A model generated the notes under the pieces. The model was not told where the DNA came from. It made no database searches and saw nothing but the letters and a program-made list of their open reading frames with translations. DNA of 64,000 bases, taken from the NCBI GenBank assembly GCA_964252035.1, contig OZ176204.1; one strand, given 5' to 3'. The translations under genes and the position numbers were made by a program. This document shows, piece by piece, positions 12,201 through 22,917 of the stretch. Within the stretch, counting starts at the first letter, position 1; the number at the start of each line of letters is the position of its first letter. Origin of the DNA: Podarcis erhardii. Taxonomy: Eukaryota.

Positions 12201-15200
12201 GTTATTAATTGTTGTAGTTTTGTGCTTTTTATTTTGCTTTATTGTATTTTATTTTTTGTAAGCTACATGACATAATTTTGAAAAGGCAAGCGTAAACAGA
12301 TAATTCATATGTTTCATACCATGCCAGGTCTCAGAGTGGCAGCATTCAAAGCCTTGTTGACATCTTTGGGGTTGATTGTTAGCTGTATACTCTGACGACC
12401 TGTAGTAGTCTTCTCCACACCAACCACAGCACATCTGACCAGCATTCCTGGGGTAAAGAGATCTGAGAGAGAATTCAGATCCTGCAAAAAGATAGTTTAA
12501 TGGATAAAGACTAAAATAAGGAACATATCAAAACAGCAACAGCAATATCTAGTCACTGACTCTGAAACTTTGGCCAAACAATCTTCTGCTGTAAGCAATA
12601 CAACTGAATTTTTGAACATGCTACGGAAGATGTTGATTACTGAAGGGGTTGCAATGCAGCCATTTAACTATTCAAAGCTTATTTCCTCCAAAATACAGAT
12701 AGCAAGCCAAAAGAAATTCATGTTACTGGCTGTGTGGAGACCCAATGCAGGACTTCGGGGGCAGAGTCTAAAAGGGAACTAGCCAAAGGGAATTTCTAAT
12801 ATTTCCTCTAAATTCTGCCCTTCTCCCTGAGGAGTCCCATTTTCCTCTTCTTCAGACCTTTCATATGTTGTTTCCCTAACAGGGTTTCTTGGCTTTTTGG
12901 GTGGCATTTCGAGTGAGTGTGATTTGACAGCAAAACAAGAGTCAGATAAGAAATTTTTCTCACTGCTATTCCCTCCGGCTAGGTTCCATTTTAGACTCTG
13001 GCCCCAAAGTCCTGCACTGGGTCTCCACACTGAACTTGCAAGCTCCCTTCACCCAACCACAAGTCTAAAACCTCTGCCAGAATAGCTTCAAGTTCTCTTT
13101 TCAATTTATTACATTGGCTTCGCCTCATACACTGGGTTTTTCCACAACTACACCAATATGTCTTCACACCCAGGATAAGGTAATCATTCCCAGATTTACC
13201 TTTCCCCTCACGGTGTATTCATCCCACCTCTACCACCAATTTGTGGCGTTCGTACAAAGCCCCTGGTTGTTTCACGGACTATTGACCTGTACACCACTAC
13301 TTTATTCTTTTGCTGCCACCAATTTTGTGGGGAGGAAACCCAGGGTTCCCCGGTGAAGTATTGCATTTCAGTCAGGTAGAGTTAACAATGAAGATTAAAG
13401 TTTATTTCAAACACAAACAAATTTTAAAATATATTAGAAACACTGTCACTCTATTGCCTCTCAGTCTTGTCCCTGTCTCTAACTCACTCTGACTCCTCTA
13501 TCCCCCCCCCAAAAAAAGAACCAACCAAACTAACTGTCAAAACCTCTGGGGTGAGCCTCAAAATCAGGTAAGCTCTGCCTCTGGGCTTTCTTATTGGTCA
13601 ACCTATTAACCCTTTCTCTCCCTCAATACAAACGTATCCCTAAAGAATGGGCAAACACCACATCAGCATATGTTGTTCCAGACTGGAATGGGATGTGTCA
13701 ATCAAAATCTAGAAGTGTTTTTTTAAAAAAGGTCTATCTTCTTTCCTTTTATTCAATTCCGAAGATATTAATTTCAATGCAAATCCTCCCATTCTTGCAG
13801 TGTGCAAAACACTAAAGCAGGGCACTCCAGATGTTGGACTACAACTCAGAACACCTCTAGCTGTAGCTGTTGGGGATGGCTAACAACATCTGGATGACCT
13901 CAAGTTCCCCATCTTGGCACCAAAGCAAGTCAGGTGTTGTAAAGGCAGCTCTAAATGGTCTTCTACAATGTAGGCCTCTTCACAACAGAGGAGGAAACAG
14001 AGGAGGCAAGAGAATGCCCTGAACAGAAGAAACCTGCTGCTTGGTGGTACTTGCAGAACCCACCAAACAACTACGTAACGCACACGCACCTTGTCTTACC
14101 TCTAAGTGCTCATCTGTAGCCACCTGTTCATTCAGCATCTCATTGTAGGCATCACTTATACGTGTCACTTGCACAAATCCAGTGAGCCCATTGGGCAAGC
14201 TGATCACCAGCTCAAACTGATTAGACTCTTTCACGCATCCTAAGAGCAGTACCCCTGCAGTGAGGGACTGTTTAAAAAACAAGGACAGGTAATAAGCAAC
14301 TTTCAGAATCACTTTTTTCTCCTGTGTTTTACACAACTAGACTGTCCCCCACAGGGGAAAAAGGTATAATGTTAATAAAAGCTGTAAGTCCCCTTTTTAA
14401 CAAGACCTTAAAAAATCCAAAGAAAAGCGGAAGGGGAAAATTACATCATTGCCTTCTGCATGCTATGAATTATCTCTCAATACCACAATAATGTACAATC
14501 TCCTCCTGTCTCATATGCTACTATTTGAAATGGTACTAATTATTGTGTAGTTATTTGCCACAGTGTGAAAATAAGCCATAATACCAATTATAGACCAACC
14601 TCAACTGTTAGAAATTCAAAATGTTTAACACCGATTTTTACAACGGCTTTCTTCTCAATCTTGAGTTTTTTTGGCTTTGTTTCATCTTGATGGTTTTTCT
14701 TTCTTTTCTTGGTCACTTCTTCATGTTGCGTCTAGGACAGTAAAAAAAGAAAAAAGAAAGACATTTCAAGATTTTGAAAAGACAGTTGCTTCCCTAAAAC
14801 AATAGTTTAGTTTTAGAGCTGCAAAGGGACCCATGAATGTAACCTGCAGGAAAGCATGTTTAAGAGAGTTTAATCTTAAGGAAGGCCTGGTCTGAAACTC
14901 AAAGGAGCAGTACAGATCTAAAATTAAACAAGAATGGAGATGCAGTGACATTCCAGTGCTGGATTACAACTTGCATCATTTCTAACCAATGGCCATGATA
15001 GCTAGGGCTGGTGGGAGTTGGAGACCAACAACATCTTGAGATCTACAAGTTCCTGCACTAACCCAGTTTAGTGTTATGGAAGCAAGTGAGCTCAAAATTG
15101 AGGCTGAAGTGCTCTACCTCCTCTCTCTTCTTCTGGCACACATCAAAGGAAGACATTTGAAGCATTCACTTCCAAGTTTAAACTAAACTGACCACAATTT

Positions 15201-15693
15201 GTTGCTATGCCCAAACCAGGCCAAACTCTGGCTTACTGAAATGAACCAAAATCAGAAGCTACAGTTTAATCGGCATGAAACTTGTTTATACAGCACAGGC
15301 ATTTCTATTCTATCCTGAGGAGTTCCCAGAACCACTTATTGTGTTATTCTTAAGAACAATGTCAGTGCATCAATCTGGGCCTATAGCACAGTGATAAAGC
15401 ATATGCATTGAATGCTGAAGAATCTGGGCTGAATCCTTGGCAACTCCAGTTAAAATTGCTACAGGTAAGAGGGTTTGAGAAACACCTCTGTAAGCAGTTA
15501 GAGAATTGCTACCAAGCAGAATAGGCAATAATAAGCAACAAGATCTGACTTAGTGGAAGGCAACTTAATATGTTCACAATTTGCATACTTTGAATAAATT
15601 ATCCTGCTCTACTGTTGACTGACTGGCCGCCTTTTCTTCTTGACTTTTTCTTTGTGGGCCACCTCGAGGGAAATTCTCTTCTACAGATGACAT
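135..15693 (-). CDS. PDCD11: PDCD11 / RRP5 homolog, 5' part (18 coding exons, 924 codons in window; continues beyond left edge)
   Basis: Spliced translation [12 protein letters not shown]...EQDNLF...[15 protein letters not shown]...[12 protein letters not shown]...[10 protein letters not shown] matches remembered human RRP5 S1-repeat region; all junctions GT-AG and in phase; exons listed separately. Confidence 0.97.
543..695 (-). CDS. PDCD11: PDCD11 exon 18
   Basis: 153 nt, [19 protein letters not shown]...THSHLG; in phase with neighbours. Confidence 0.88.
1240..1459 (-). CDS. PDCD11: PDCD11 exon 17
   Basis: 220 nt, [24 protein letters not shown]...[11 protein letters not shown]. Confidence 0.95.
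1912..2064 (+). mobile_element. 5'-truncated Sauria-type SINE
   Basis: catgctggtcacatgacccgg...gagatgagcgc...ggggtcctttaccttt tail; 10-bp TSD ctatggatgg (1902-1911, 2065-2074). Confidence 0.8.
2315..2485 (-). CDS. PDCD11: PDCD11 exon 16
   Basis: 171 nt, [14 protein letters not shown]...[32 protein letters not shown]. Confidence 0.95.
2486..3068 (-). other. U12-type (minor spliceosome) GT-AG intron, PDCD11 intron 15
   Basis: Donor GTATCCTT (3068-3061); branch TTCCTTGAC (2505-2497) with the branch A 13 nt from the 3' end; no polypyrimidine tract. Confidence 0.85.
3069..3263 (-). CDS. PDCD11: PDCD11 exon 15
   Basis: 195 nt, [16 protein letters not shown]...[16 protein letters not shown]; donor gtatcctt. 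Confidence 0.94.
4112..4255 (-). CDS. PDCD11: PDCD11 exon 14
   Basis: 144 nt, [22 protein letters not shown]...YETGR. Confidence 0.93.
4730..4981 (-). CDS. PDCD11: PDCD11 exon 13
   Basis: 252 nt, [20 protein letters not shown]...[16 protein letters not shown]...FYAGQ. Confidence 0.95.
6177..6323 (-). CDS. PDCD11: PDCD11 exon 12
   Basis: 147 nt, [15 protein letters not shown]...[20 protein letters not shown]...VRCR. Confidence 0.95.
7057..7117 (-). CDS. PDCD11: PDCD11 exon 11
   Basis: 61 nt, [20 protein letters not shown]. Confidence 0.92.
7809..7933 (-). CDS. PDCD11: PDCD11 exon 10
   Basis: 125 nt, [34 protein letters not shown]... Confidence 0.93.
8377..8583 (-). CDS. PDCD11: PDCD11 exon 9
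   Basis: 207 nt, [27 protein letters not shown]...CLAFAH. Confidence 0.95.
8792..8899 (-). CDS. PDCD11: PDCD11 exon 8
   Basis: 108 nt, [22 protein letters not shown]...PGQT. Confidence 0.93.
9556..9737 (-). CDS. PDCD11: PDCD11 exon 7
   Basis: 182 nt, [17 protein letters not shown]...[13 protein letters not shown]. Confidence 0.95.
9994..10028. repeat. (AC)n microsatellite, interrupted
   Basis: acacacacacacagacacacagacacacacaca. Confidence 0.85.
10167..11499 (-). mobile_element. 5'-truncated L1 LINE (ORF2 C-terminus, 3'UTR, A-rich tail)
   Basis: Uninterrupted frame 11499-10529 with [18 protein letters not shown] zinc knuckle; A-rich UTR, AATAAA 10205-10200; candidate 9-bp direct repeat ttttacatt (10158-10166, 11500-11508). 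Confidence 0.9.
11572..11695 (-). CDS. PDCD11: PDCD11 exon 6
   Basis: 124 nt, [19 protein letters not shown]...SANK; weak donor gtataa. Confidence 0.95.
12320..12481 (-). CDS. PDCD11: PDCD11 exon 5
   Basis: 162 nt, [20 protein letters not shown]...LRPGM. Confidence 0.95.
12732..13030. mobile_element. About 300-bp element with 52-bp imperfect terminal inverted repeats
   Basis: tgtggagacccaatgcaggacttcgggggcagagtctaaaa... versus ...ttttagactctggccccaaagtcctgcactgggtctccaca; no clear TSD. Confidence 0.55.
13221..13662 (-). mobile_element. LTR-retroelement remnant with tRNA-Leu primer-binding sites
   Basis: Putative LTR 13326-13662 (tgtgg...ccaca); PBS-like TGGTGGCAGC (13321-13312) and TGGTGGTAGAGGTGGGAT (13238-13221). 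Confidence 0.5.
14100..14267 (-). CDS. PDCD11: PDCD11 exon 4
   Basis: 168 nt, [34 protein letters not shown]...EHLE. Confidence 0.95.
14600..14731 (-). CDS. PDCD11: PDCD11 exon 3
   Basis: 132 nt, [12 protein letters not shown]...KHFEFLTVE; ag/gt flanks. Confidence 0.88.
15378..15575 (+). mobile_element. Degraded tRNA-derived SINE
   Basis: tatagcacagtgataaagcatatgc head, gaatccttggc B-box-like, ggaaggcaacttaatatgttc tail. Confidence 0.45.
15589..15693 (-). CDS. PDCD11: PDCD11 exon 2 coding part (start codon)
   Basis: [35 protein letters not shown]; acceptor ttgcag at 15704, donor gtatgc. Confidence 0.92.
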
Positions 15694-16089
15694 GGTTATC
15701 TTTCTGCAATGGAAGCAACAAAGTTATTTGCATATACAAATTGTGTTCAAAAGGGCAAAACCAACACAAACATTTTCTTACATGCAAAGAATGAAGACAG
15801 ACTTTAAAATAACAGGAATAAAATAATTGTTGTGCTTTTGATGATTCATTCTCTAAAACAAAACAACACTCATGAGAGTATCATGACACCAAGAGCTCAT
15901 AAATATTGTTAATCTATAATGTGCAAACACTGTACCACACCTACTCAAACTGAATGTCTACTGGTAGAGATGCAGAAATAAGCTAGTCCTTCCTTTGTTC
16001 TTAAGTAACAAAGAGTTATTTCATGAACCAAGATCCTAAGTATTCAATGCCTACATAAGTGGAGATCAATAAATTGTTTTTTCTATCAT

Positions 16090-16208
16090 TAGCTCAGCTG
16101 GTTAGAGCGTGGCGCCAATAACACCAAGGTCACAGGTTTGATCCCTGCATGGGTGCATCCCAGGGGTTGGACTAGATGATCCTCAGGGTCCCTTCCAACT
16201 CTATGATT
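16090..16208 (+). mobile_element. tRNA-Ile-headed, CR1-tailed SINE (POMSINE-like)
   Basis: A box tagctcagctgg, B box ggtttgatccc, CR1 tail ggttggactagatgatcctcagggtcccttccaactctatgatt; flanking repeat ttctatca. Confidence 0.8.
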
Positions 16209-16599
16209 GGGTCCTCTTCTATCACTCAGCCAAGAAAATAACTCACCTGTTGATTTCTGGCCGTTGTGCAGCTATTAGAGACCCAAAACCTTTGTATTTT
16301 AAAATATGACAAACTAAAAAGAGAGCATTTCACAAACAATATGCACTATTCTAAATGACTTTGCTTCATAACCATACCAGGATTTTAATCATTTACTCCA
16401 CATACACTCAGAAAAATCTAGCAATCTTTTGCTAGTTTTAAAATATAAACATTTTTAGATAGCTCAGAAGGCACAAAGTGGAAGCTGGGGCAGATAAGAG
16501 CACTATTTTTACTCTGTCTTTATGTCCATAAAGCAGCTTTCAATATTAAAAATAATAAAATAGCAAAAACAAATGGGTTAAATCAAGCCCCCCTTCCAT

Positions 16600-17250
16600 G
16601 TCTTCTGTGAGAGATCCTGCAATCAGAAGAGCGGAGGCGCGTCACAGCAAGCACTCCGGCCGCGAACCCGCAAGGCACTCACACAGCCACGCTAGTTCTA
16701 CACGTGCAACCCACCTTGCCGTATTTCTCAATCCCCAGCTCACTCGGACTCGGTCCTTAGGCCACCCTCCTTCCCGTCATTATCCCTCTTTTCCAGAGAG
16801 CTCAGCTTATGTACCTTTCCCCCACGCTTCTTCAACTCACTGGCACGCCTGGGGCATGAGAGCCGCCACCTGCTCCGTAACCCGGAAACGAATTCGAAGG
16901 CCAGCAAAGGGCAACCGGAAGTGGGCTTTACGGAAACCGGGCCGTGGTAGAACTCGCGGGACGGTTTATTAGTCGTCACAGAGCGCAAGGAATCCGGTAA
17001 CTTTGACAAACACGCAAATTGCCCAATCACATCATACCTTTCTGAGGCAGTGCCGCCTTACTCCGTCAGGGCGGCGCGCCTCCCCCAATCAGAGGCAAGC
17101 GGAAAGGACGGCTGTTTGAGCGACGCCATCTTGCACGCGAAGGGCATTGAATGGTTGTTATCGGGAGGAGAAAGCGGGTAATAACTGCGGCGGGCGCTGA
17201 CTTGGCTCGACAGAAGGTTAATTTTGTTGGGGTGTTTTAGTAGCATCTGT
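16600..17250. promoter_or_regulatory. CpG-rich bidirectional promoter of PDCD11 and ATP5MK
   Basis: High CpG density; ETS CCGGAAGT 16915-16922; CCAAT 17023-17027 and 17085-17089; YY1-type CGCCATCTTG 17124-17133; lies between divergent genes. Confidence 0.8.
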
Positions 17251-17848
17251 AAAAAGGGTAGAGGCCCTGTTAGTGTCTTGTGACACACACATGCACCCTG
17301 GTAGAAGTAACCTTCAAAGAGTGCTATGGCAATTGAAATTCAGTTTAGTAAGCCAATAGCTACTGCATAGGTCCAAAGGGTTAGCATTTTTGTGCTGCTG
17401 TTTCCGACCGGGCCGAGGGATTTAGGCTGTCATTTTCTATTCTGTGTGTTGTCTTCAAAACTCGTTATGAATGTCATTGGTTGGTATATAGAGTAATTTA
17501 GCGTTTGATACTCTTTATACGCAGGTTGCTGTTCATATGAAATAACTAAAGTTGGGTCAATGGTTGGTAATAGCTAGCCGAGGTCTAAAGGAGCTTCTAT
17601 TATGTTGATTGAAAAATAATAAGCAGTTTGAACTGTTTAAAGGCTATTATTTCACTAGTAAACGATGATGCATAAAATAACTTTCTGGTTAGTGAAATAT
17701 CCCAATGGAAATATGCAAAACGGAGTGGTTTCCTTTTTCTGAAGTTCTGGTGTTATGCATAGCACCAGACTCTGGTTGGCTTTGCTTATGACTCCGTAGT
17801 GTTCCTGTATCTGCAAGAGGATGAGCCGTCTCTTTCCTTGTTTTCCAG

Positions 17849-17916
17849 ATTTGCAGTGTAAAATCAATCCACCTGTTGAGGAGATACCTCTGTTAATCAC
17901 AGTTGAGAAACATTTG
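17849..17916 (+). other. ATP5MK: Candidate non-coding 5'UTR exon of ATP5MK
   Basis: Acceptor ctctttccttgttttccag and donor gtaagt flank an ATG-free 68 nt. Confidence 0.5.
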
Positions 17917-18634
17917 GTAAGTTGGTCTCCTATACTAGATCTAACTAGTATTCCTCAGTGAATTGATTTGAATGTTCTCGCTGAACAACAGTGATTGAAG
18001 GTCTGTTTGAAAGCCCTTGCTTTCTGCCCAGACTTATGCCTTTAGCTATGACATTGATGGCCTGACTCCTTGGGGTGGGAAACTACAGTTGTTGGTCTTG
18101 TTGATCATTGACTCAACCATGTATAGGTGGTACAGGAGTTGTAGTCTGGAACGATAAGATAAATTTACTGCATGAAGTATTCTAATGTCAATTAAAACTA
18201 TGGATTACATCATTCTTACAAATAGGACATGCAACTTTTATTAGGTTATCTATTATAATTATTATTATTATTACCCATGCATGTGAATAGTGGCAAATCC
18301 GTAACCTGCTCTATGGAGGCTCAGGTGGCTAAATAATTCGTTATTTACAAGCCCATTTTACGTTTCTTGAAGCATTGCTCTTAACTTCAGAAGTAACCAT
18401 TATTGTTTGAAGGTCAGCACTGTAAAATATATTGGTATTAGATGTAGCAAACAATTCAGAATAACAGCTTTGAGTAGATCCTCCTATGTAGTTTTAGTTT
18501 TAGTAGCTAATGCTTTCATGCTCAAATGTAAATAATTGGAATGAATTTGGTCTACTTTGGCTGGAAGATACTGTAGATTTTTTTTTTAAAGATTAAGTAC
18601 TAACTTCCTTTTTTAAAATCTAGGACTAATAGTG

Positions 18635-19318
18635 ATGGCAGGACACGATGCTGGGTCACAACACCAATTCACAGGGTTTCATAAATACTTCAATACCTAC
18701 ACCATGACAGGCAGAAGAAATGTAAGTGTCCAGTTATATAACTGCTAAGAAACAAAGAAGTTGATTCTCAAAAGTTCCTGAATTGATTTGGGAATGTGTG
18801 TGGTGGGAACCTCTGGCACACAGACCGAATTAGGCTTGGCAGGGATCCTAATTTGGTTTGCAAGGCTCTATTCCACAAACCACTTGCCCTGCCTCTGGTA
18901 TCCTGTGGTGTGGCCTTCCCTTTGAAATGCGTTTCTAAGAAGTTTAAATGAAATCTCCTTGGAACACACTTCAGAAGGTGATGTCTTAGCACCCAAGGTG
19001 ATGTCACCTGACAATATTATTACATTAGGTGGACAGGTGGACAGCCCTGCCTTCCTGTCAGATTTGGACATTAGGTGGACAGCCCTGCCTTCCTGTCAGA
19101 TTTGGGCTTTAATAAACTCAGGTACTTTTAATAATCCATTTCTCTCTTTCCTGCACTTAAATAACAGAAAAACAACCCTTTGAAATGTGTTTTATCTGAT
19201 GAATAATATCCTTTTCTGTCTTTAGTATGTTATAGCTACATATACAACGATTGCAACTATCATCCTGTATTTTAAACTGAGGCCTAAGAAGCAAACTCCA
19301 GCCGTGACACAGAAATAA
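18635..19318 (+). CDS. ATP5MK: ATP synthase membrane subunit k (DAPIT/USMG5), 59 aa; coding exons 18635-18721 and 19226-19318
   Basis: MAGHDAGSQHQFTGFHKYFNTYTMTGRRN|YVIATYTTIATIILYFKLRPKKQTPAVTQK*; matches remembered DAPIT motifs (QFTG..KYFN.YT.TGR, LYFKLR); syntenic. Confidence 0.95.
19022..19105. repeat. Short tandem duplication in ATP5MK intron
   Basis: acattaggtggacag...ccctgccttcctgtcagatttgg twice. Confidence 0.85.
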
Positions 19319-20212
19319 GATGGGTAAGTGTCTGCCATATTTTACTGATGCCAGTAGGGCTTAAAACCTCCAGAAATCCAGGTAAATCTCTGTATCTGTA
19401 CATGAAATGTCAAATGCAAGTTTAGGATCTTAAGCACTTGTATTGTTATGAGTAAATCATTTCATAGGGCTTCAAGCAGATTACAACATGAATGAAGTTA
19501 TTTCTTACCAGGAATGTTGTTATCATATGTTGCTGTCTCTCTAATCTCAACTTGAACATAGAAGGGCTTTCTTAAATGGCATAACAAAGTGTAGTGATCT
19601 TGAATTTGTGTAACACTCTGTTCTTCAGCTAATCAAAGACCAGGAGCAGATGCATAGTACCAGAATTTTGATACAGGATATGCAAGGTTAATTTGCTTGT
19701 TTTTGAAACCTGGGATGTTTGCCATGAGTTTAAATTTCATAGATGTCTTAATAGAGTTGGCTAAGGAAAAGTTGATAGTTCAGATAGCAGCAATTGCTCA
19801 GCATGTGCATTTTTATCCTATTTTATATCACTCAGTTCTTCACTGAGTGGCATGGCAAGAGTATCTAAATGCAGAAATAAGGGGAAGTGGTTGCTTTCAT
19901 ATCCTCTTGACATCCAGTTGTGAGCATACCTTTAAGTTCTGCCCAGCTAAATAGCATGTTATTTCATGTCAGCAGTGTATCCCCATTTGTATGATCATAT
20001 ATCTGCTTAATAAGCCTTAAATGTGTGAGCCAGCAAACCAACCAGGAAGTCTTCTGTTAAGTGTAATTTCCCATTTTGTATGAGCCAGGAAACTGGTTAA
20101 TGGCTTCAGAACAAGCCAGTATATGAATTTTCCTGGTTTGGGCAAAATACTGCCACTGTGTGTAGAAGTTGTGCAAGATGTAGTAACTGAATGATGTTTA
20201 TTTTTTTGACAG

Positions 20213-20295
20213 GTTGACATGTTGACACTGGACCACGCACGTAATATAACTAGAAGTTGATGTACACTTCAATAAATCATGAACAGTGATGAAGT
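20213..20295 (+). other. ATP5MK: ATP5MK terminal 3'UTR exon
   Basis: Donor gtaagt at 19324, acceptor tttttttgacag ending 20212, AATAAA 20271-20276. Confidence 0.7.
20271..20276 (+). terminator. ATP5MK polyadenylation signal
   Basis: AATAAA 58 nt into the last exon. Confidence 0.7.
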
Positions 20296-21761
20296 TTGTC
20301 ATCTGTACACATTGCCACTACAGAAGTGACGGTCCTACATATAAACAGCGTACAGAGTTCTAGTGTGTACAATTCAGTTAAGGAGCCCTTTCAATCTGTG
20401 CTGAGAAATGATGGATACATCCTTAGGCATTACTGTATCTCTGGGATACACTGCATTCTGTTCCAAAAGTAAATTATGGCTTTCATTACAACCATTTGTG
20501 TTCCATTTGTAGTAAGAGAGGAACAAACATGATCCTATTTCCTGTGTCTTAAACATGTGGATGGTGCTGAGCAGAGTATGGCACTAATACTAAATGTTAA
20601 TATAACCTGTTTAATCTACAGGCATTCGTCAACATACGGAATTCAATGATCTGGCAGGGCTGCTTTTACACTGAGGATAATGCTGAATGATGGGTGTTAA
20701 GACTACTTGACTGATCTTATTTCTGAGCAAATATGTGTCTGCACCACTCTGCACAGCCTTAATTCAACCCAAAGTGAAATGCAGATAGGTAATTGGGATC
20801 GTGGGTTGCATCCATTGTGGGATAACAAAGCTTTCACTTGCTTTTAACCAATTGTGGTTTATTATGTCCAAATGGAGACAAAATGGGCAGTCTTAACTAT
20901 GGTTTATGAACTGGTCATTCACCAATCCATAGCAAAGATTAACTACTGTTTAGGCTTCAAATGTAACAGTACCTGTAATTAAATTGAAAGTAGAAAGGGA
21001 AGCTTCTAATCTTGCAGTCCTGCAGGAAGTGGCTTGCCTATTTATGTAATGCAAAAACATAATTTAGTGTTGAGACTCAAACCAGGCCTAAATTCCACCA
21101 CTTTCTGCAGTTTGCCTCTTAGGAAACATCCTATGCTGCATATACTGGTACATTTCATCCCAGATGATGTACTTCCAGTGACCTGCAGGCCCCTTCTGAT
21201 GGACAAATGTTCTGATCAGTCACCTAGAGGCTAGTAGTGAGCAGGGTCAAATAATGCAATTTTTACTTTTGTACAGTTTGCTAATTTCTACACACATCCC
21301 TCTAGCCTCCATCCAGGGAATCAAAAGAGGCATTGTTCAAGAGTACAAAGCACAGCCACTAGAATATGGCTGCGGTAGGCTTGTGGCCTAAGACTTGCAA
21401 AGGCCAAGCAGAGGCCCAGATGACTGCATTTGGCTTTCAGGCCTGTGGTTAGATGTGACTAACTGGCTTCCTTGAAACACTGATTTCTATACATACAACC
21501 CTTTTAAAAATCCAGTTGTAAACTTGACAAAGCATTACACCATTTCTGGAATTATGTAAGTGGAAATCTTCCACAAGTAGTATTTAACAGCCTCACTTTT
21601 TTTCCCCTTTAAAATCATGATTCTCTCATTTGCTTTGTCTTTGAAGATAAAAGCTTGTAGTACAAGGGCTGCTTTTGCTGGAACTACAGAATATAGGTTC
21701 AGACGGGTAAAAACAAGGCCCTTGTGAGCAAATGAAACTGAAAGACAGGCACAAAATAGAT

Positions 21762-21767
21762 TTTATT
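21762..21767 (-). terminator. Likely TAF5 polyadenylation signal
   Basis: AATAAA on minus about 930 nt after the stop, followed by U/GU-rich sequence. Confidence 0.55.
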
Positions 21768-22699
21768 ATAAAATATCAAAAGTATAAAACTGTACATAAT
21801 GCAAAACCATGGCAGTATGTTTTTAAACTAATGGATCCATACTAGTTTTCAACAAATTGTGTATAGCTGTGGCACAATTTTTCACAGAAAGCATAAATGA
21901 CACTTATGCTTTGTCATTATAGAAAGGGCTCAAAAAGTATTTCTCCCCCTGGCAAATACTTAAGGGGGGGTGAATCAAGATTCTTGTGGTGGGAGGTTGG
22001 TCTACTTTTTGTATCCAAAATAGTTAGGAACGCAAAAATTCAGTTTTAAAGGTTTTAAGTATTGTTTGCATTTCGTAAAATGCCGCTTACTGGTAATTGA
22101 AGTTTTAGAAATGTTCAATCTTGTTCAATTTGTGCTTTTCAGCTTTGAAGAAACTAGGTTACTCACATAAGTCAGATAACTACTTAGGCCTCTTCACAGC
22201 TTTATAAAGAAGTAACAGCTCCATAGAGACAAATTCCACTCTTGAAGAACTTATATGAACCAGCCTTATTCCGAAAGAAAATTTTGGGTACTTATTAAAC
22301 CTGTGTTAATGCCAAACTAAGTGCTTTTAAATTGTTGTTCAAACAACTTTGCTTTATGCAACTGGCACTACAGTTTTGTAGTGCCTGTTGTCATTTTGTG
22401 GACAAGGTTAAGCAAGGTATTCCCACATACTGTTTACTTCTTTTAAAAAGCCATACCACATTATATGTTTCTTCCCCCATTTTTATGATGTCAGTGTCTC
22501 AGCACTAACACTGGGGTTGGGGTGGGGTTTAAAATAGCAGTTTCTGAAGGTGTGGCTTGAATCATCATCAGTTTGCACCATTTGTTCTGGCAGACAAGTT
22601 CAGTTCATTTGTATAATATGTACATTGTGGTCTTCATTAATTCAAGTTATTCTAAGATATACATGAGACTTGTACAATCAAGTCTTGTAGTTTGGCAGT

Positions 22700-22917
22700 T
22701 CACTGAGGGCTGTATGCTCCAGCGGCAAGAAGCAAATTTCTGCGGGTAAAATGAAGATGTGTGACAGGGGTCGATTTGGACATGTATGTACCCAACAGCA
22801 AGTCTTGAGAGCTTTCAGGCAGGTTTATATGTCCAGTGGCTGTGGTAAAATCATCTGTTTCTAAGTCCTCAAAGGCTTTCACAGCATCCCATAGCTTTAC
22901 CGTGTTATCCATGGAAC
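22700..22917 (-). CDS. TAF5: TAF5 exon 11 coding part
   Basis: 218 nt, SMDNTVKLWDAVKAFE...GAYSPQ TGA. Confidence 0.96.

Noticed and set aside
16090-16153. tRNA-Ile(AAT) gene
   Set aside because: The 5' acceptor strand is missing, the anticodon stem and B box are mutated, and it runs into a CR1 tail, so it is a SINE head.
17000-18620. MIR1307 orthologue in the ATP5MK 5' region
   Set aside because: No recognisable hairpin or mature sequence; I know it only from mammals.
19206-19214. ATATCCTTT as an AT-AC U12 donor in ATP5MK
   Set aside because: It lies in the pyrimidine tract of a normal acceptor and no matching branch site or AC was found.
20681-20729. C/D box snoRNA-like motif (tgct-gaATGATG...CTGA...CTGA-gca)
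   Set aside because: Only 49 nt, intergenic rather than intronic, with an imperfect C box.
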